Source: Felis catus (taxonomy: Eukaryota). Taken from it: 64,000 nucleotides of DNA. Where the stretch lies: assembly GCF_018350175.1 (NCBI RefSeq), contig NC_058368.1:43092001-43156000 (forward strand), written 5' to 3'. Made by a program: the position numbers and the translations under genes. Positions 50,961 through 64,000 of this stretch are shown piece after piece (position 1 is the stretch's first letter; each line of letters begins with the position of its first letter). The notes under the pieces were generated by a model. That model did no database searches and was not told the origin of the DNA. It saw only the letters and a list, made by a program, of their open reading frames with translations.

Positions 50961-51372
50961 CAAATCTACAAATGTACTGTCAGTGATAAAAAATACAAAA
51001 CATCTTTGAACACTTGCTTTGCACCTGAAAATATGCTCAGGAAAAATTTTGCTTGAGCAAAATATGCTCACTACTTTTAACACTCACTAAGCCTTTCTAT
51101 AAGGTAGACAGAGGCATACCAATTTTTCATATGAGGAAATTGAAGCAAAGTTTAAGTAATTTGACAAAAACTATACAACTGGTAAGGATTGTAAAAAAAG
51201 AAGAAAAATATGATTCTGGCATTGGCAACTTAAAGTACCATGCTTTGATGAGAGTAAAGGGAAGCCTGTATTTTCAGATACTGTTGTTAGAAGGGTAAAT
51301 TATAAGAACATTTTCATGGGCAATATAATATCATATGTTAACAGCTTCATCAACATTTATATAATATATATA

Positions 51373-51590
51373 TTTTTTAATTTTTTAAAGTTTATTTATT
51401 TTGAGAGAGAGAGAGAGAAAGCACAAGCAGAGAGGAAATAGTGAGAAAGAGGGAGAGAGAATCCCAAGCAGGCTCTGCACTGTCAGTGCAGAGCCCAATG
51501 CAGTGTCTCGAACTCATGAACTGTGAGATCATGACCTGAGCTGAAATCAAGATTCAGTCATTTAACTGACTGAGCCACCCAGGAGCCCCC
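51373..51590 (-). mobile_element. CAN-SINE
   Basis: TSD tcaacatttatat before the tail (from ~51350) and at 51591-51603. Confidence 0.95.
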
Positions 51591-51942
51591 TCAACATTTA
51601 TATTTTTATCCAATAATCCAACGTCTAGGATATCTGAAACAAAATTAGAACCATAAAACATGTATAAACATATATACAGTTGGATGTTTTAGCCCTAAAT
51701 ATAATACTCTGTAGAAGCAATTCCTTTTGTGTTTAAAGTTGATATTTCACTCAAAGAAGACTACATCTGTCTTACGCAAATTTATCTTAAGACAAAATTG
51801 TTGGATAACTCTAATTACTCATAAGATAAAATCCTGTGAAGTCATTTTAAGTCATTACTAAAACACAGTGTCTTGATGAAAAATCAAGATGACACTTAAT
51901 GCAAGAAGAGGCTATAAAAAGTTTTAAAAACAAGACATGTCT

Positions 51943-52170
51943 GGGGCGCCTGGGTGGCTCAGTCGGTTGAGCGTCCGGCTTCGGCTCAGGTCATGATCTC
52001 ACAGTTTGTGGGTTCGAGCTCCGCATCGGGCTCTGTGCTGACAGCTTAGAGTCTAGAGCCTGCTTTGAATTCTGTGTCTCCCTCTCTCTCTGCTCTTCTC
52101 CCACTCATGCTCTGTCTCTCTCTCACTCCTTCAAAAATAAATAAAAACATTAAAAAAAATAAAAAAAAAA
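51943..52170 (+). mobile_element. CAN-SINE
   Basis: TSD aaaaacaa(g/c)acatgtct. Confidence 0.96.
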
Positions 52171-52934
52171 CAACACATGTCTGAAAGTAAAGGCTTTTAA
52201 TTTATGTCTATACATTTTCAGTCTTGCATTGTTTTGTCAGATAACTAAAGCACACAGACTTGTGTTAATAATTCAGTTTGTGGTTTTTAAAGCAGTGTTT
52301 TAAACTGTATTTTAAATCACTGACCTGTATCCATAGTAATAGGAATAGTATTGCTAATTCATCAAAAACATTGAATCATACAACACTGGGAGATATTTAA
52401 TTCAACTTAGCTCTTACATTTGAAGTAATTTGCCTGGAGTCCCACTGCTGGTGCTGGTTTAGAGCTTGGATTAGTATTCAGGTCTCTTGGCTACTCATTT
52501 AGTGCTTCTTGCACTAATCTCTGCTCACTGATATATTATTTACATTTCAGAGATAACCTAAGGCAATTAAATAAAATTATAAGTATATCCTCAACAAGAG
52601 CTATGGCTATATCTGTATGCTAATAGACCACAAATCAAACAAAAAAATAAATTATTTTGTAGACAGATATAACTAGTACGTATGTTTTTACTATGATTTG
52701 CTTAAAAAACTTTTTTTCTACCCCAAATGACCACAATGAAGGGCGCTTTTTTTTATATTATCTAACTGGCAAAAAGAACATTGCTTCCACAAAGACTACT
52801 TTCCTACTCCTCCCTCAGTCATCTGTTGTTTATAATGAATTTTTTAATCTACTTGCCCAACATTATCTCCTATAGGGATAGCATGTAAAGTCCATTCAAG
52901 TCTTTGGATTGTGGATGATGCTTCATGTATTATA

Positions 52935-53130
52935 GGGCATGTGTTGAAGTGCTTATAAACTATTAGTTCACTTACTCTTCATAACAACCATATAAAGCAG
53001 GTATTGATTTTATCCTAATTTCATCATGTGAAAATTGAGGTACACAGAGAGTAAATAACTTGCCTCTGCCAACTAAGTAATGGCAAAGAACGGAGAACCT
53101 CAGACTGTCTCCAGGGCTAAGCTCTTAACC
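52935..53130 (-). mobile_element. MIR
   Basis: cttcataacaaccatataaagcaggtatt...gaaaattgaggtacacagagagtaaataacttgcc is the MIR core. Confidence 0.75.
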
Positions 53131-53511
53131 TTATTCTCTGTGACCACTGAAATCTTACTTATCTTATTTGTCTTTGTTTATATTTCTCTAGAGCATTGCT
53201 TTGCATTTTACTGTGAGGGTTTCAGGATTTTAAGATTGTTTTTCAAAATTGTTTGGCCAAGTAAATATTTTCATTTGAGGCCAAGTTTGCAGTGGTAGGG
53301 TAGTGCATGTTCTTAGTTTTCTGGTATTCTTATATTATTATTTTTATAATCTGCTACAGATATTTTTGTCTCTGTCAGTATATGGCAGCTTATTAATAAG
53401 TTCTGTTAGCATTTGTAGAGGCTCAAAGATAAATAAAGAGTAACAATTTATTTAGATCATTAGAAACATTGGTATTCCTGTGCAGATTATTAGTTTCATT
53501 GGTTGCAATAG

Positions 53512-53534
53512 ACAACAACAATAACAATACCAAT

Positions 53535-53565
<31 letters not shown>
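53512..53565. repeat. (CAA)n microsatellite
   Basis: Directly visible. Confidence 0.93.
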
Positions 53566-54448
53566 CTCCTTTTTTGGAGTTTAAATACTATAGGTAAACA
53601 TTCTGAGATCGCCAGTGTCACTACCTTAGAACAAGCCTATATGAAGACAACACTGACTCTAATATTCACTAATGTTTCTGTACAATTTACTCTCTTGTAA
53701 AGTTGTCTTTAACAAATCATTTTACATTTTTAGGAAGAAAGAGAGGGGAAGAGTAAGAAAGAAAGGGAAAGGAAATAGAGCAGATACACCGTTCCATATT
53801 TATGAAACACTGTATATTAGGCTGAAACTATATATTGGCAAAACAGCTCACTCTGTTGTTACAGAGTATCTATATGAGGAATAGCACTGCGATTATTTAG
53901 GAAGGAAGCTTCTGAAGCTTCTGATGCTTAGCTAAAATAATCTACACTTTCATTGTGGATACTGCTACAGGAAGTATGGTAATAGAGACTATAAGTTCTG
54001 TCATAGGTTTTTAGAAGTTAACAACTGTATTGGAGGTATATATTGGAGAAGAATATCAAAAATGTTAATTAAAAACGATGCAATGCTTTTTTATTTTACA
54101 TTTACATAGAATATCAACAATATATTCAAATATATTTCACTGAATTTTATGATGGCTTGGGAAAGTTTAGGTAAATGTAGAAGCTGGTGTATTGGACCAA
54201 TTTTGCAATTTTAAATGACTGAAGTCTTACTATAGAAATCTTGCAAGCCCATTACATTTAGCCAGTGAAAAATTTCTGTTAGAGTGGAGAGAGGAAAAAG
54301 CAGAGGATATAAGAATCAAAGATAACAAGCATGGGACAGAAGACTATTCCTTCCTATAATTTGTTATTTTCCTAATATGTTAATCATAATATAAGCCAAA
54401 TATATAACCATATATCCTGGGCACATAAATATAATTTACAGGAGTTAC

Positions 54449-54510
54449 TTTTTTTAAGTTTATTTATTTATTTACTTTTTTTGAGAGAGAGAAAGCTAGA
54501 AAAGGGCTGA

Positions 54511-54568
<58 letters not shown>

Positions 54569-54690
54569 CCCAATCAGGCTCTGTGCTGTCAGTGCAGAGC
54601 CTGACATGGGGCTTAATCTCACAAACTGTGAAATCATGACCTGAGTTGAAATGAAGAGACACTCAACAAACTGAGCCACCCAGGTGCCCC
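54449..54690 (-). mobile_element. CAN-SINE with long (GA)n
   Basis: Ends gccacccaggtgcccc. Degenerate TSD taca..agtt.ctttt. Confidence 0.94.
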
Positions 54691-55525
54691 TACATTAGTT
54701 GCTTTTTGTTTAAAAAATAATTTTATCTATTTTTTTGCTCAAAAAGTGGCCTAGTACTCTAGTACTAAATTTTGATGCTTGCTTGTTATCAGGTGAAGAA
54801 AGCATGCTTTCTTTCACATTATTGAGTTGCCAATTGGGGCTGTATTTAAAATAGTTTATCAGACTTCTATTAGGATTTAATTACAGTGGGTTGAATGATA
54901 AATAATTACACCATGTCCCATAAATTGTCTCATGGATCTCTATATTGACAACTTTGACATAATATGTGCAGAGCTCAAACTACTCTAAGACAATGGTAAT
55001 TTATAACTAATAGTACCTTTTAAAAAATAAAACAAAAAGATTTTCTTCACAATCATTAGGATTTTCTGGGCTAAGAAATAAAATATTAAATATAGAAAGA
55101 GAAACTCCATATAATATAATCAAGTATGGAATAGGATGTATTATGCAATGACCTCACCATTGACCTACCTGAAGTAGGTGTGAGTTACAGAAAAGGCCAA
55201 AGATCCTCTTTTATTAGGAGGACAGCAAAGAACAGTCTTAAGTGGACCTTATGAACAAGATTAAATCAAACTATATTTACTTTAATACAATTTAGGTTTT
55301 AAACTCTATCAACTTTTACATCAAAGTAAAATTCTTGCTAAACATGATAGAAATTCCAACATTATCAAGTTCTTTTTCCACCAAACTTAATTCCAGAAAT
55401 TCCAGTTGCCCCCAGTGAAAGCAACATCAATCTCTACAAGATTAGTATTTCTTCTTACACTACTTGAGATAAATTGAAAGGGCATCAGATTTGGGAATGA
55501 AATTGAAAACAACTGCTTTCAGTCT

Positions 55526-55719
55526 TGTATTAGTTTTCTATTGCTGCTGTAACAAATAAACACAAACTTAGTGTCTTCAAAATGACACAAAATTATTATA
55601 TTAGGAACACCTGGATGGCTCAGTTGGTTAAGCATCTGATATTGGCTCAGGTTGTGATCTCATGGTTGTGAGGTCAAGCCCCCACACTGGGCTCCACACT
55701 GAGCGTGGAGCCTGCTTGA

Positions 55720-55772
<53 letters not shown>

Positions 55773-56689
55773 TCTCTCCCTCTCTCTCCCTCTCCCTCTC
55801 TCTCTTTCTGACCCTTCCCTGCTTGCACACGTGTGTGCACATTCCACACACACACTCTCTCAAAATAAATGAATAAATATATTTTTTTTTAAAAAGTATT
55901 ATTTTACAATTCTAGAAGCCAAACTCTACAATCAGACTTAATGGTCTCAACTCAAGATGTTGCTAGGGTTAATTCCTTTCAGAGTTTCTGAAGGGCGAAT
56001 CCATTTTCTTTTTTCAGCTTTTAGAGGATTCTTGAAAGTGTGTTTTCTCCTCATCCTATTCTGAGCTCTCACCAGCAAAGATTTAACTTCCACATTTCTA
56101 CTAACAGTCTGTTTACAATCATCTTTTTTTTCTCCTAGCATTCACTACCAGATTCTGCTCATTATGTTCCAAAATCACTTCCATACTTTGAAGGTTTTTG
56201 TTACAGCACTACTCCATTTCCAGGTGCCAAAAATCTGTATTAGTTTCCTATAAATACTCTAACAAATTATCACAAACTTAGTGTTTTTTTTAAATATAAA
56301 TTTGTTCTCTTGTAGTTCTGGAGGTCAGAAGAGTAAATCAAGATATCCACATAACTGCAGTCTTCCTGAAGGATTCTAGGGAGCAGCCATTTACTTACTT
56401 TTTTCAGATGACAATCACCTGTATTCTTTGGACTATGATCTCTTCTTACATCATCCCAACTTCTTGATTCTATCATCACATCTACTGACTGGTTTCCTGA
56501 CTTCCTTTTATAAGGATTCCTATGATTACATTGAATCCACCTGGAATATCCAGGATGCTCTCTCCATTTTCAGATCCTTATTTTTATTACATCTGCAAAG
56601 TCCCTTCGACCATGTAGAAGTAACATATACAAAAATTTCAGGGATTAGGATGTAAGCATTTTGGGAAGACTATTAGTTGGGCTACGACT
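55526..56689 (-). mobile_element. Internally deleted MLT1 (MaLR) provirus: 5' LTR 56236-56689, ~200 bp internal, partial 3' LTR 55526-56030
   Basis: Two copies of the LTR end tgtattagttt..cta..aacaaa..cacaaacttagtg (55526 and 56236). MLT1-int-like start next to 56235. Flanks agtct/aatct. Confidence 0.75.
55604..55895 (+). mobile_element. CAN-SINE inserted in the MLT1 LTR
   Basis: ggaacacctggatggctcag head, long (CT)n, aaaataaatgaataaa tail. Confidence 0.93.
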
Positions 56690-57467
56690 AATCTTGTGTG
56701 CAAGAAAATTTTCAAAAATCTGGATCAACTAAGATAATGGAATGAAATGGAAGACTTTCTAACTAGGTAAATGATCTGGACATGTTTGATTAGTGGAAAA
56801 ATATGAAGGAATATTAAAACACACAATGTGGGGTTCATATGATGTGGGAGCTGAAAGTGAACAATCTAGGATTTAGAACAGAAGAACTGGGCAAGTGGGC
56901 TAACAGGGTGAATAGGGATAGCTAAGCTATTTTTATAAATATATGAATGGAATTGATAAGGCTTTGGCCTTAAGACCAATATGAAAAAGAATGTCAGCAA
57001 TGGATAGAATGTAAAATTAATACAATAACACTATATACTTGAAAAATATAAGAGTAAGAAATAATACATAAAAAGTATTAAGTACTGAGTGGTATTTAAT
57101 TAATTATAGTTAAAATTAGTCATTCTACATGTTCTGTAGCAAAGTTTTCATTTCTACATAAATCTTCATGTTTTAAAAGGTAATATCAGAATTACTACAA
57201 TTATATTTACATTTAATGAAATAAAAGTGTTACTACTTTAGGTTTGGGTTTTGAATTGAAGTCAAACTAGCTTCATATTTTTATAAAAATTGATACTGGA
57301 ATACATTAAATATAATCCTCTGAGAAAAGAATAATTACATCTAAGTTACTTAAATATCAGAGGCTGAATTTCAAACATTTTACAGAATTTTTGTAGAGAA
57401 AAGCATATTTCAGTCATTTTCTCTTCTCAGATTTATTTATTTTTTTTCCATTTGCACCAGATTATTC

Positions 57468-58475
57468 TTTTTATTGTTATTATTATTATTTTTTTATATA
57501 TATGAAATTTACTGACAAATTGGTTTCCATACAACACCCAGTGTTCATCCCAAAAGGTGCCCTCCTCAATACCCATCACCCACCCTCCCCTCCCTCCCAC
57601 CCCCCATCAACCCTCAGTTTGTTCTCAGTTTTTAACAGTCTCTTATGCTTTGGCTCTCTCCCACTCTAACCTCTTTTTTTTTTTTTTCCTTCCCCTCCCC
57701 CATGGGTTCCTGTTAAGTTTCTCAGGATCCACATAAGAGTGAAACCATATGGTATCTGTCTTTCTCTGTATGGCTTATTTCACTTAGCATCACACTCTCC
57801 AGTTCCATCCACATTGCTACAAAAGGCCATATTTCATTTTTTCTCATTGCCACGTAGTATTCCATTGTGTATATAAACCACAATTTCTTTATCCATTCAT
57901 CAGTTGATGGACATTTAGGCTCTTCCCATAATTTGGCTATTGTTGAGAGTGCTGCTATGAACATTGGGGTGCAAGTGCCCCTATGCATCAGTACTCCTGT
58001 ATCCCTTGGATAAATTCCTAGCAGTGCTATTGCTGGGTCATAGGGTAGGTCTATTTTTAATTTTCTGAGGAACCTCCACACTGCTTTCCAGAGCGGCTGC
58101 ACCAATTTGCATTCCCACCAACAGTGCAAGAGGGTTCCCGTTTCTCCACATCCTCTCCAGCATCTATAGTCTCCTGATTTGTTCATTTTGGCCACTCTGA
58201 CTGGTGTGAGGTGATACCTGAGTGTGGTTTTGATTTGTATTTCCCTGATAAGGAGAGATGCTGAACATCTTTTCATGTGCCTGTTGGCCATCCGGATGTC
58301 TTCTTTAGAGAAGTGTCTATTCATGTTTTCTGCCCATTTCTTCACTGGGTTATTTGTTTTTTAGGTGTGGAGTTTGGTGAGCTCTTTATAGATTTTGGAT
58401 ACTAGCCCTTTGTCCGATATGTCATTTGCGAATATCTTTTCCCATTCCGTTGGTTGCCTTTTAGTTTTGTTGGTT
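57468..58475 (-). mobile_element. Young felid LINE-1, 5'-truncated (~1 kb)
   Basis: Nearly identical to 7968-8940. ORF 57722-58345 is the ORF2 C-terminus. 19-bp TSD tttctcttctcagatttat at 57418-57436 and 58474-58492. Confidence 0.98.
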
Positions 58476-58899
58476 TCTCTTCTCAGATTTATAGCAGAGA
58501 AGATAGTAAAAATTTTGCAAGAGAAATTTCAATGTTTTAAAATATTTTTTAAAATTCCTTAAACATTTAATAATAATACACTTAACATTTTAATGCATTT
58601 TATATTGATATGGTTGCACAGTTGTATTATTCATCTGAAGTGTAAATATTCATAAGAAAATGATTTCTCATAAACTAGTTACAAGAGGGCTCTAAAAAAA
58701 ATTAACAAAACTTAGCTTCAAAATTAATTTGACAACATTATCAGAAAATTTCCCCAATTGAAGGAATGCTGGAGATTAGAAGACCAAGTTAAAACAGAAG
58801 AAAGAGAAAGCAAAATGTTTTGCCCTTGTATATATTCAGATTTCTTTTAAGAAAAAAAGTATTAGAATTGGTTTACTGCTTGATTTTTGTATATCTCTT

Positions 58900-60100
58900 T
58901 CCACTTAATTTTTACTTTTAGTTTTTGATTTTATTTTTTTAGGATTTTTTTTTTCTGGTAGATGCCATAGGGATCAAATTACAGTGTAAGTGTACTACTT
59001 AGACTTAATATTATACCACTTCACTCAAAGTATAAGATGCTTGTAATGCTGTAACTCATTTACTTCACATCTTTGTACTCTTATTTCCATTAACATTCTC
59101 TTTACATTTACTCTTTCTTGTGCTTGGGATTTATTCCTGTATATCTGAGGTTGAATCAATTCCCTTCATTTTGAAGAAATTCCTTTAACATTTCTTATAG
59201 TGTAGGACTGCTCCTGCAGATTCTCTCAGCCTTTATTTTCTCTGAAAATATCTGAATTACAGTCTCATATATTAAGTAGTTTGTTGTTGTTGTTGTTGTT
59301 GTTGTATTGAGGATTTGGGGTTGACTTTTCAAAGTCAAAAGCTTTGTCTTTGTCTATTGTCATTTGACCTCCATGCCCCTGTTGAAAATTCATACATTGT
59401 TCTTACCACTGTTCTCATTTATGTAATGTTACATTTTTATCTAGCTGCTTTCAAGATCTCTTTCAGTTATTATGAATTAGTTTGGCTTTTAAATGCCTAA
59501 ATGTTTTAATTTTTTTTTTCATGCTGCCTCTCATTAACTAAGCTTCTTGTACATGTAAGTTGATGTTTTTCATCAAAATGGAGAAGTTTCCATTATTATT
59601 TCTTCAAATGGTTTCCAGTGAAATTTTACTCTCCTCTCATTTGGGGGTCTAATGAAATATAATTTAAAAAACTGAGATTGTTTCATAGAAGCATGATGCT
59701 TGTTTTTTGTTTTTGCTTTAATTTTTTTAATGTTTATTGTTTTGAGAGAAAGAGGGAGACAGAATATGAGTGGGGTAGGAGAAGAGACAGGCACACACAG
59801 AAAATTAAGCAGACTCCAGGCTCTGAGTTGTCAGAACAGAGCCCAACATGGGGCTCGACTCACGGTTCATGAGTTCATGACCTGAGATGAAGTCAGATGC
59901 TTAACCGACTGATCCACCCAGGCACCCCTTATTTTTGTTTTTTCAATCATTTTTCTTCATTCTTCATAACCATTAATATCTTTAAGTCTGTTTTCAAATT
60001 CACTGAACATTTTGCTGTCTTCCTTAGTTGTTACAGCCATTTACTAATTTTAGTTTTCATTTCAGCTACTGTAATTTTTATTCTTAAAATTTCCACTTGT
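58900..60100 (-). mobile_element. Old L1 (ORF1/5' ORF2 region) remnant, split by a SINE
   Basis: tcctttaacatttcttatagtgtagg..ctgc, tctagctgctttcaagat, ggagaagtttccattattatttcttcaaat. Confidence 0.65.
59700..59928 (-). mobile_element. CAN-SINE
   Basis: Ends ccacccaggcacccc. Confidence 0.93.
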
Positions 60101-60750
60101 CCATAAAAGCCTGTGCACAAATATTTATAGTAGCTTAATTCATAATTTCAAATAACAGCAAGAAAACAAAATGCTCCTCAGTGGATGAATGAATAAACAA
60201 ACTGTGGTACATTCAGGCAAAGAAATATTACTCAGTGAGAAAAAGAAATTAGTTTTCAAGCCACAAAAATACATAAAGGATCAAAAATGAATACTGTAAA
60301 GTGAAAGAAGCCAGTCAGAAATGACTAAATAATATATGGTCCATTTACATGACAATCTAGAAAAGAAAAAACTACAGAGGTAATAAAAGATCAGTGGTTG
60401 TCAGGGGTTTGGAGGGAGTGAGAAACATATGAATAGAAGGAATGCAGGGAATTTTAGGTCAGTGAAACTATTCTATATGAGACTGTAATGGTGGATACAT
60501 GAAATTATACAGTTGTGAAAATCCACAGAACTGTTTGGCACAAGGAATGGGTCTAATGTAAGCTATGGACTTAAGTTAATAAAAATGTGCAAAATATTGG
60601 TTCATCAGTTTTAATAAATGTACCATAATAATCCAAGACATTAAAAATACAGAAAACTGAGATGTGAGAATGGGTATATTGTATGTGTATACAATCTGCT
60701 CAATTTTTTCTGTAAACCTAAAACTGCTCTAAAAATAGTCTATTAATGTG
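60101..60750 (+). mobile_element. L1MB/MC-like 3' end
   Basis: aactgtggtacattca, gtgaaagaagccagtca, gtgaaactattctatatga, gtaaacctaaaactgctctaaaaatagtctatt. Confidence 0.88.
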
Positions 60751-60860
60751 AAAATATTTTCATTTTGTCTTTTTTTTTTAGCATTATCATTTATCTGTTG
60801 AGGCTCTAAATATGTTAATTCATCTCAAACATATTTCTTAAAGCCCTTGAGCATATTTAT

Positions 60861-61083
60861 TTTTATTTATTTTTAAAAAGTTTTAAATGTTTATGTATTT
60901 TTGAGAAAGACAGAAGACAACTGGGGGAGGGGTAGAGAAAGAGGGAGACACAGAATCCAAAGCAGCCTCCAGGTACTTTTAGCTGTCAGCACAGAGTACA
61001 ACATGGGGCTTGAACCCATGAACCTGGAGATCATGATCTGAGCTGAAGTCAGATGCTTAACCGACTGAGCCACCCAGGCACCC
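60861..61083 (-). mobile_element. CAN-SINE
   Basis: TSD ccttgag(c/a)atatttat. Confidence 0.94.
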
Positions 61084-61139
61084 TATCCTTGAGAATATTT
61101 ATAATAGGTAATTTATTTATATTTTTAAATAAATAATAA

Positions 61140-61410
61140 ATTTATTTATTTATTTGTTTGTTTGTTTATTTATTTATTTCAAGTTTTTATATACATTCTA
61201 GTCCATTAACATATAGTGTAATATTGGTTTCAGGAGTAGCATTTAGTGATTCATCACTTACATACAACACCCAGTGTTTGTCACAATAATGTCCTCCATA
61301 ATACCTATCACCCATTTAGCCCATTTGCCCCCACCCATCACCCCTCCATCAACCCCCAGTTTGTTCTATATAGTTAAGAGTCTGTTTCTCATTTTTTTTC
61401 TCTCATTTTC
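61140..61410 (-). mobile_element. Carnivore L1 3' end
   Basis: ttggtttcaggagtag..tttagtgattcatcacttacatacaacacccagtg, reverse match to 3383-3490. Confidence 0.9.
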
Positions 61411-63320
61411 TAGATGTGGTGGGAATGACATAAATCTATCTCTGGATCTTCAAACAAGTAAAAATATGTTGTTTTCTTGGTCTGTCCATCTTGTACTCCT
61501 TGATATGGAGAGTGTACAGGCAAAAAGCTTCATAGAAATTTTACCCAGTATAAGTTTTTTTTCCACAGTAGAGTCCTTTTTGATTGTCCCTGCCCCTATT
61601 CACTCTTATTACCTCAAAAGGTTGTTTCTATATTTTATTCAGAATTTATAATTGTTTCTGTAGAAGGGTAAGTCCAATACAAAATATAGCCCTATTACTG
61701 GGAGTAGATATTTCTTACTGGTTTTATTATAGGAATCTAGTCGGTAAGAGCTTTTATTAGTAGTGGTACTAATATTACTTTATTAGCAATCTTTAAAATT
61801 TGGAGTCCTGTGACAAATCTAAAGAAAACAGATAAAATATATAAATATATCAATGATTTCATAATTAAAAGTCACAAGCATAATAAAAATGTGCTGTATC
61901 AAGTCTGCCTCAAAGTAATACATTTAGACCAAGGTGTAATTAGGTTGCAGCAACTTAACTCCCTAGTAAAAATTTTTAAAAATCTAATTTCATCCCACCA
62001 AAAAGACAAGAACACATTGGCACAAAGGTTACAACATGAGAGATGATGGTGACAGAGCCATTAGAAGAGATGGGAAAGATCAGCACAATATTGCAGCCAC
62101 TATCCTTTGTTGTGAGAATTTGTTTCCTATTTTCCTTATATAAGTTTTCAGAATTTGGTCTCTAAAACCCTTAAATGAAAAACATAACTGGCTTTAATAG
62201 TGACTCCTGTGAGTGAGTCTCAATTTCTTCTGACTTCTTATGAGGATAAAATATTTAAGTAAAGTCCTATGAAACATGTAATTAATCAATAGAAAATGAT
62301 AACATTTTTAAGTGTCTAGAGCAGTTTCTAACACCTAGTAGAAATATTTGTTTTTTTTCTCTTCCGTTCATCTCTCCAAAATGAATGGCAACTATAAGCA
62401 ATCCTACAAACTGCATTTCTTCTTGTTAGCAATAAAATTGAGAAAATCTCATCACAAGTTTTTCCTTGCTGTTTCCTTACTAACCATCATAATTCTAAAG
62501 TGCTGTATTTTAGCTGAGACAATAAGGATTAGGAGGAAAGGAAATAATTTCATCTTATTTACGTTACCTTCTTCTTTTTCTGTCTTAAATTTTGGAGAAA
62601 ATAATCTCATTATGTCACTTTTATCAGTATTTCATTTTAAATTCCCTTCCCACAAGCCACTCTGCATGTGCTCTTTGACCTACACTTTCAGAGCACCTTC
62701 TTAATCTCTAAAGTCAGCTTTGAAATGGATCTTTGAAGGGATAGAGTGCAATAGAGCAAGGCAGGTAAGGAAAACTAAGAAGATCTCTGTGTTAGTCCTT
62801 ATCTAGTCTTAAATCATATGGTAAACTTTGACATATAATTTAACCCTAGTTTGACCTCTTTAAAAATTGTCATAAAAATACCTGTCTCACAAGGTTTATT
62901 ATAAAGAAAAATTATACGTTAGTGAAATTATTGGATCCCTTCTCTTGGGTGTGCAACAAATTACCAAGCATTTTGAGGCATTATCAATTTTGATTACTTT
63001 TCTAATGTTAACATTTTAATGTGCTGTGAATAATATGGAATTCTATATCAGTAACATGTTACAACTGTAAGATAATTTTAGTTTTTAGGTTGAGTTTAGT
63101 CCAACATTATAAATGTGTCAAGAGAAAGGCAATGCCAGAGCAAAAGTTTGAATTGTTTTAATATCTCTCTGGCCAGTTGTTATCAGAACAATTAATTATA
63201 TATTTCATCTGGCAGGAAACTAACATTATGAAGGAAGGAAAATATTAAAAATCAATTTTTAAATGAAAAAATTTTGTCAAGATATTATTTCATGGTCAAT
63301 ACATATTAAAACAACTTAAA

Positions 63321-63531
63321 ATTTTTTTTAACCTTTATTCATTTATGAGAGAAACAGAGAGACAGAGCATGAGTGGGGGAGAGTAGAGAGAGAGGAAGAC
63401 ACAGAATCTGAAGCAGGTTCCAGGCTCTGAGCTGTCAGCACAGAGCTGACACGGAGCTTGAACCAATGAACCGTGAGATCATGACCTGAGCCGAAGTCGG
63501 TCACTTAACCCACTGAGCCACCCAGGTGCCC
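63321..63531 (-). mobile_element. CAN-SINE
   Basis: TSD tattaaaacaactt on both sides. Confidence 0.95.
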
Positions 63532-64000
63532 TGTATTAAAACAACTTTTTATACCATAGAATTCAAAGGTAATATTCACAAATATTTAAATTATTGAGTT
63601 ATATTGTGATCCATCTAATTTATTTTGCTTGTTAGTATAATTTCCTCAAAAGATTCAATACATATCACTCTAAAAATATGCACAACAAATATGGGGGTTT
63701 GAACTTCGTCAGAGCCAACAAATTCAGAAGACAAATACCATGTTTAATTGATTTTATTCTAATATACTATGAGTTCAGTGTGATGTTATGACCTTCAGCT
63801 ATAGTCTTGTGGCTGTTCCCTATTATCAGTTGGAGGCACTAGATTAAAACATGACCTTTAACAATTACCAAAAGAGATCATCTGTGTTTTCTCTATTCAA
63901 AGAGTTATGGGTTCTTTTAACCTTTTGAAGAGAACTTTTATTCATCCAGTGTTATTTAAAAACCCAAATGACTTTTTGAGACCCTTTTAATTCTAAAGAG

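Overview
AT-rich mammalian genomic DNA, almost certainly from a cat-family (Felidae) genome: about 24 tRNA-derived CAN-SINEs of the felid type and young felid-type LINE-1 3' ends. No cellular protein-coding gene, RNA gene or prokaryote-type system can be supported. The only long ORFs are LINE-1 ORF2 remnants, and the other listed ORFs are repeat- or chance-derived. The window is a layered record of transposons: old L1, L2, MIR and HAL1, MaLR, ERVL and ERV1 relics, and recent SINE and L1 insertions with clear target-site duplications (TSDs). The most notable structures read directly from the sequence are: two young L1 insertions whose TSDs enclose extra non-L1 sequence and a second A-tail (candidate 3' transductions); two SINEs inserted one after the other at one site (target present three times); a 79-bp local copy filling a deletion in an L1; two fold-back palindromes; an internally deleted MLT1 provirus; a CpG-enriched unique patch near 50 kb; and a few unassigned exon-like segments. 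Repeat family names come from recalled consensus resemblance, not a database search, and boundaries of old elements are approximate.
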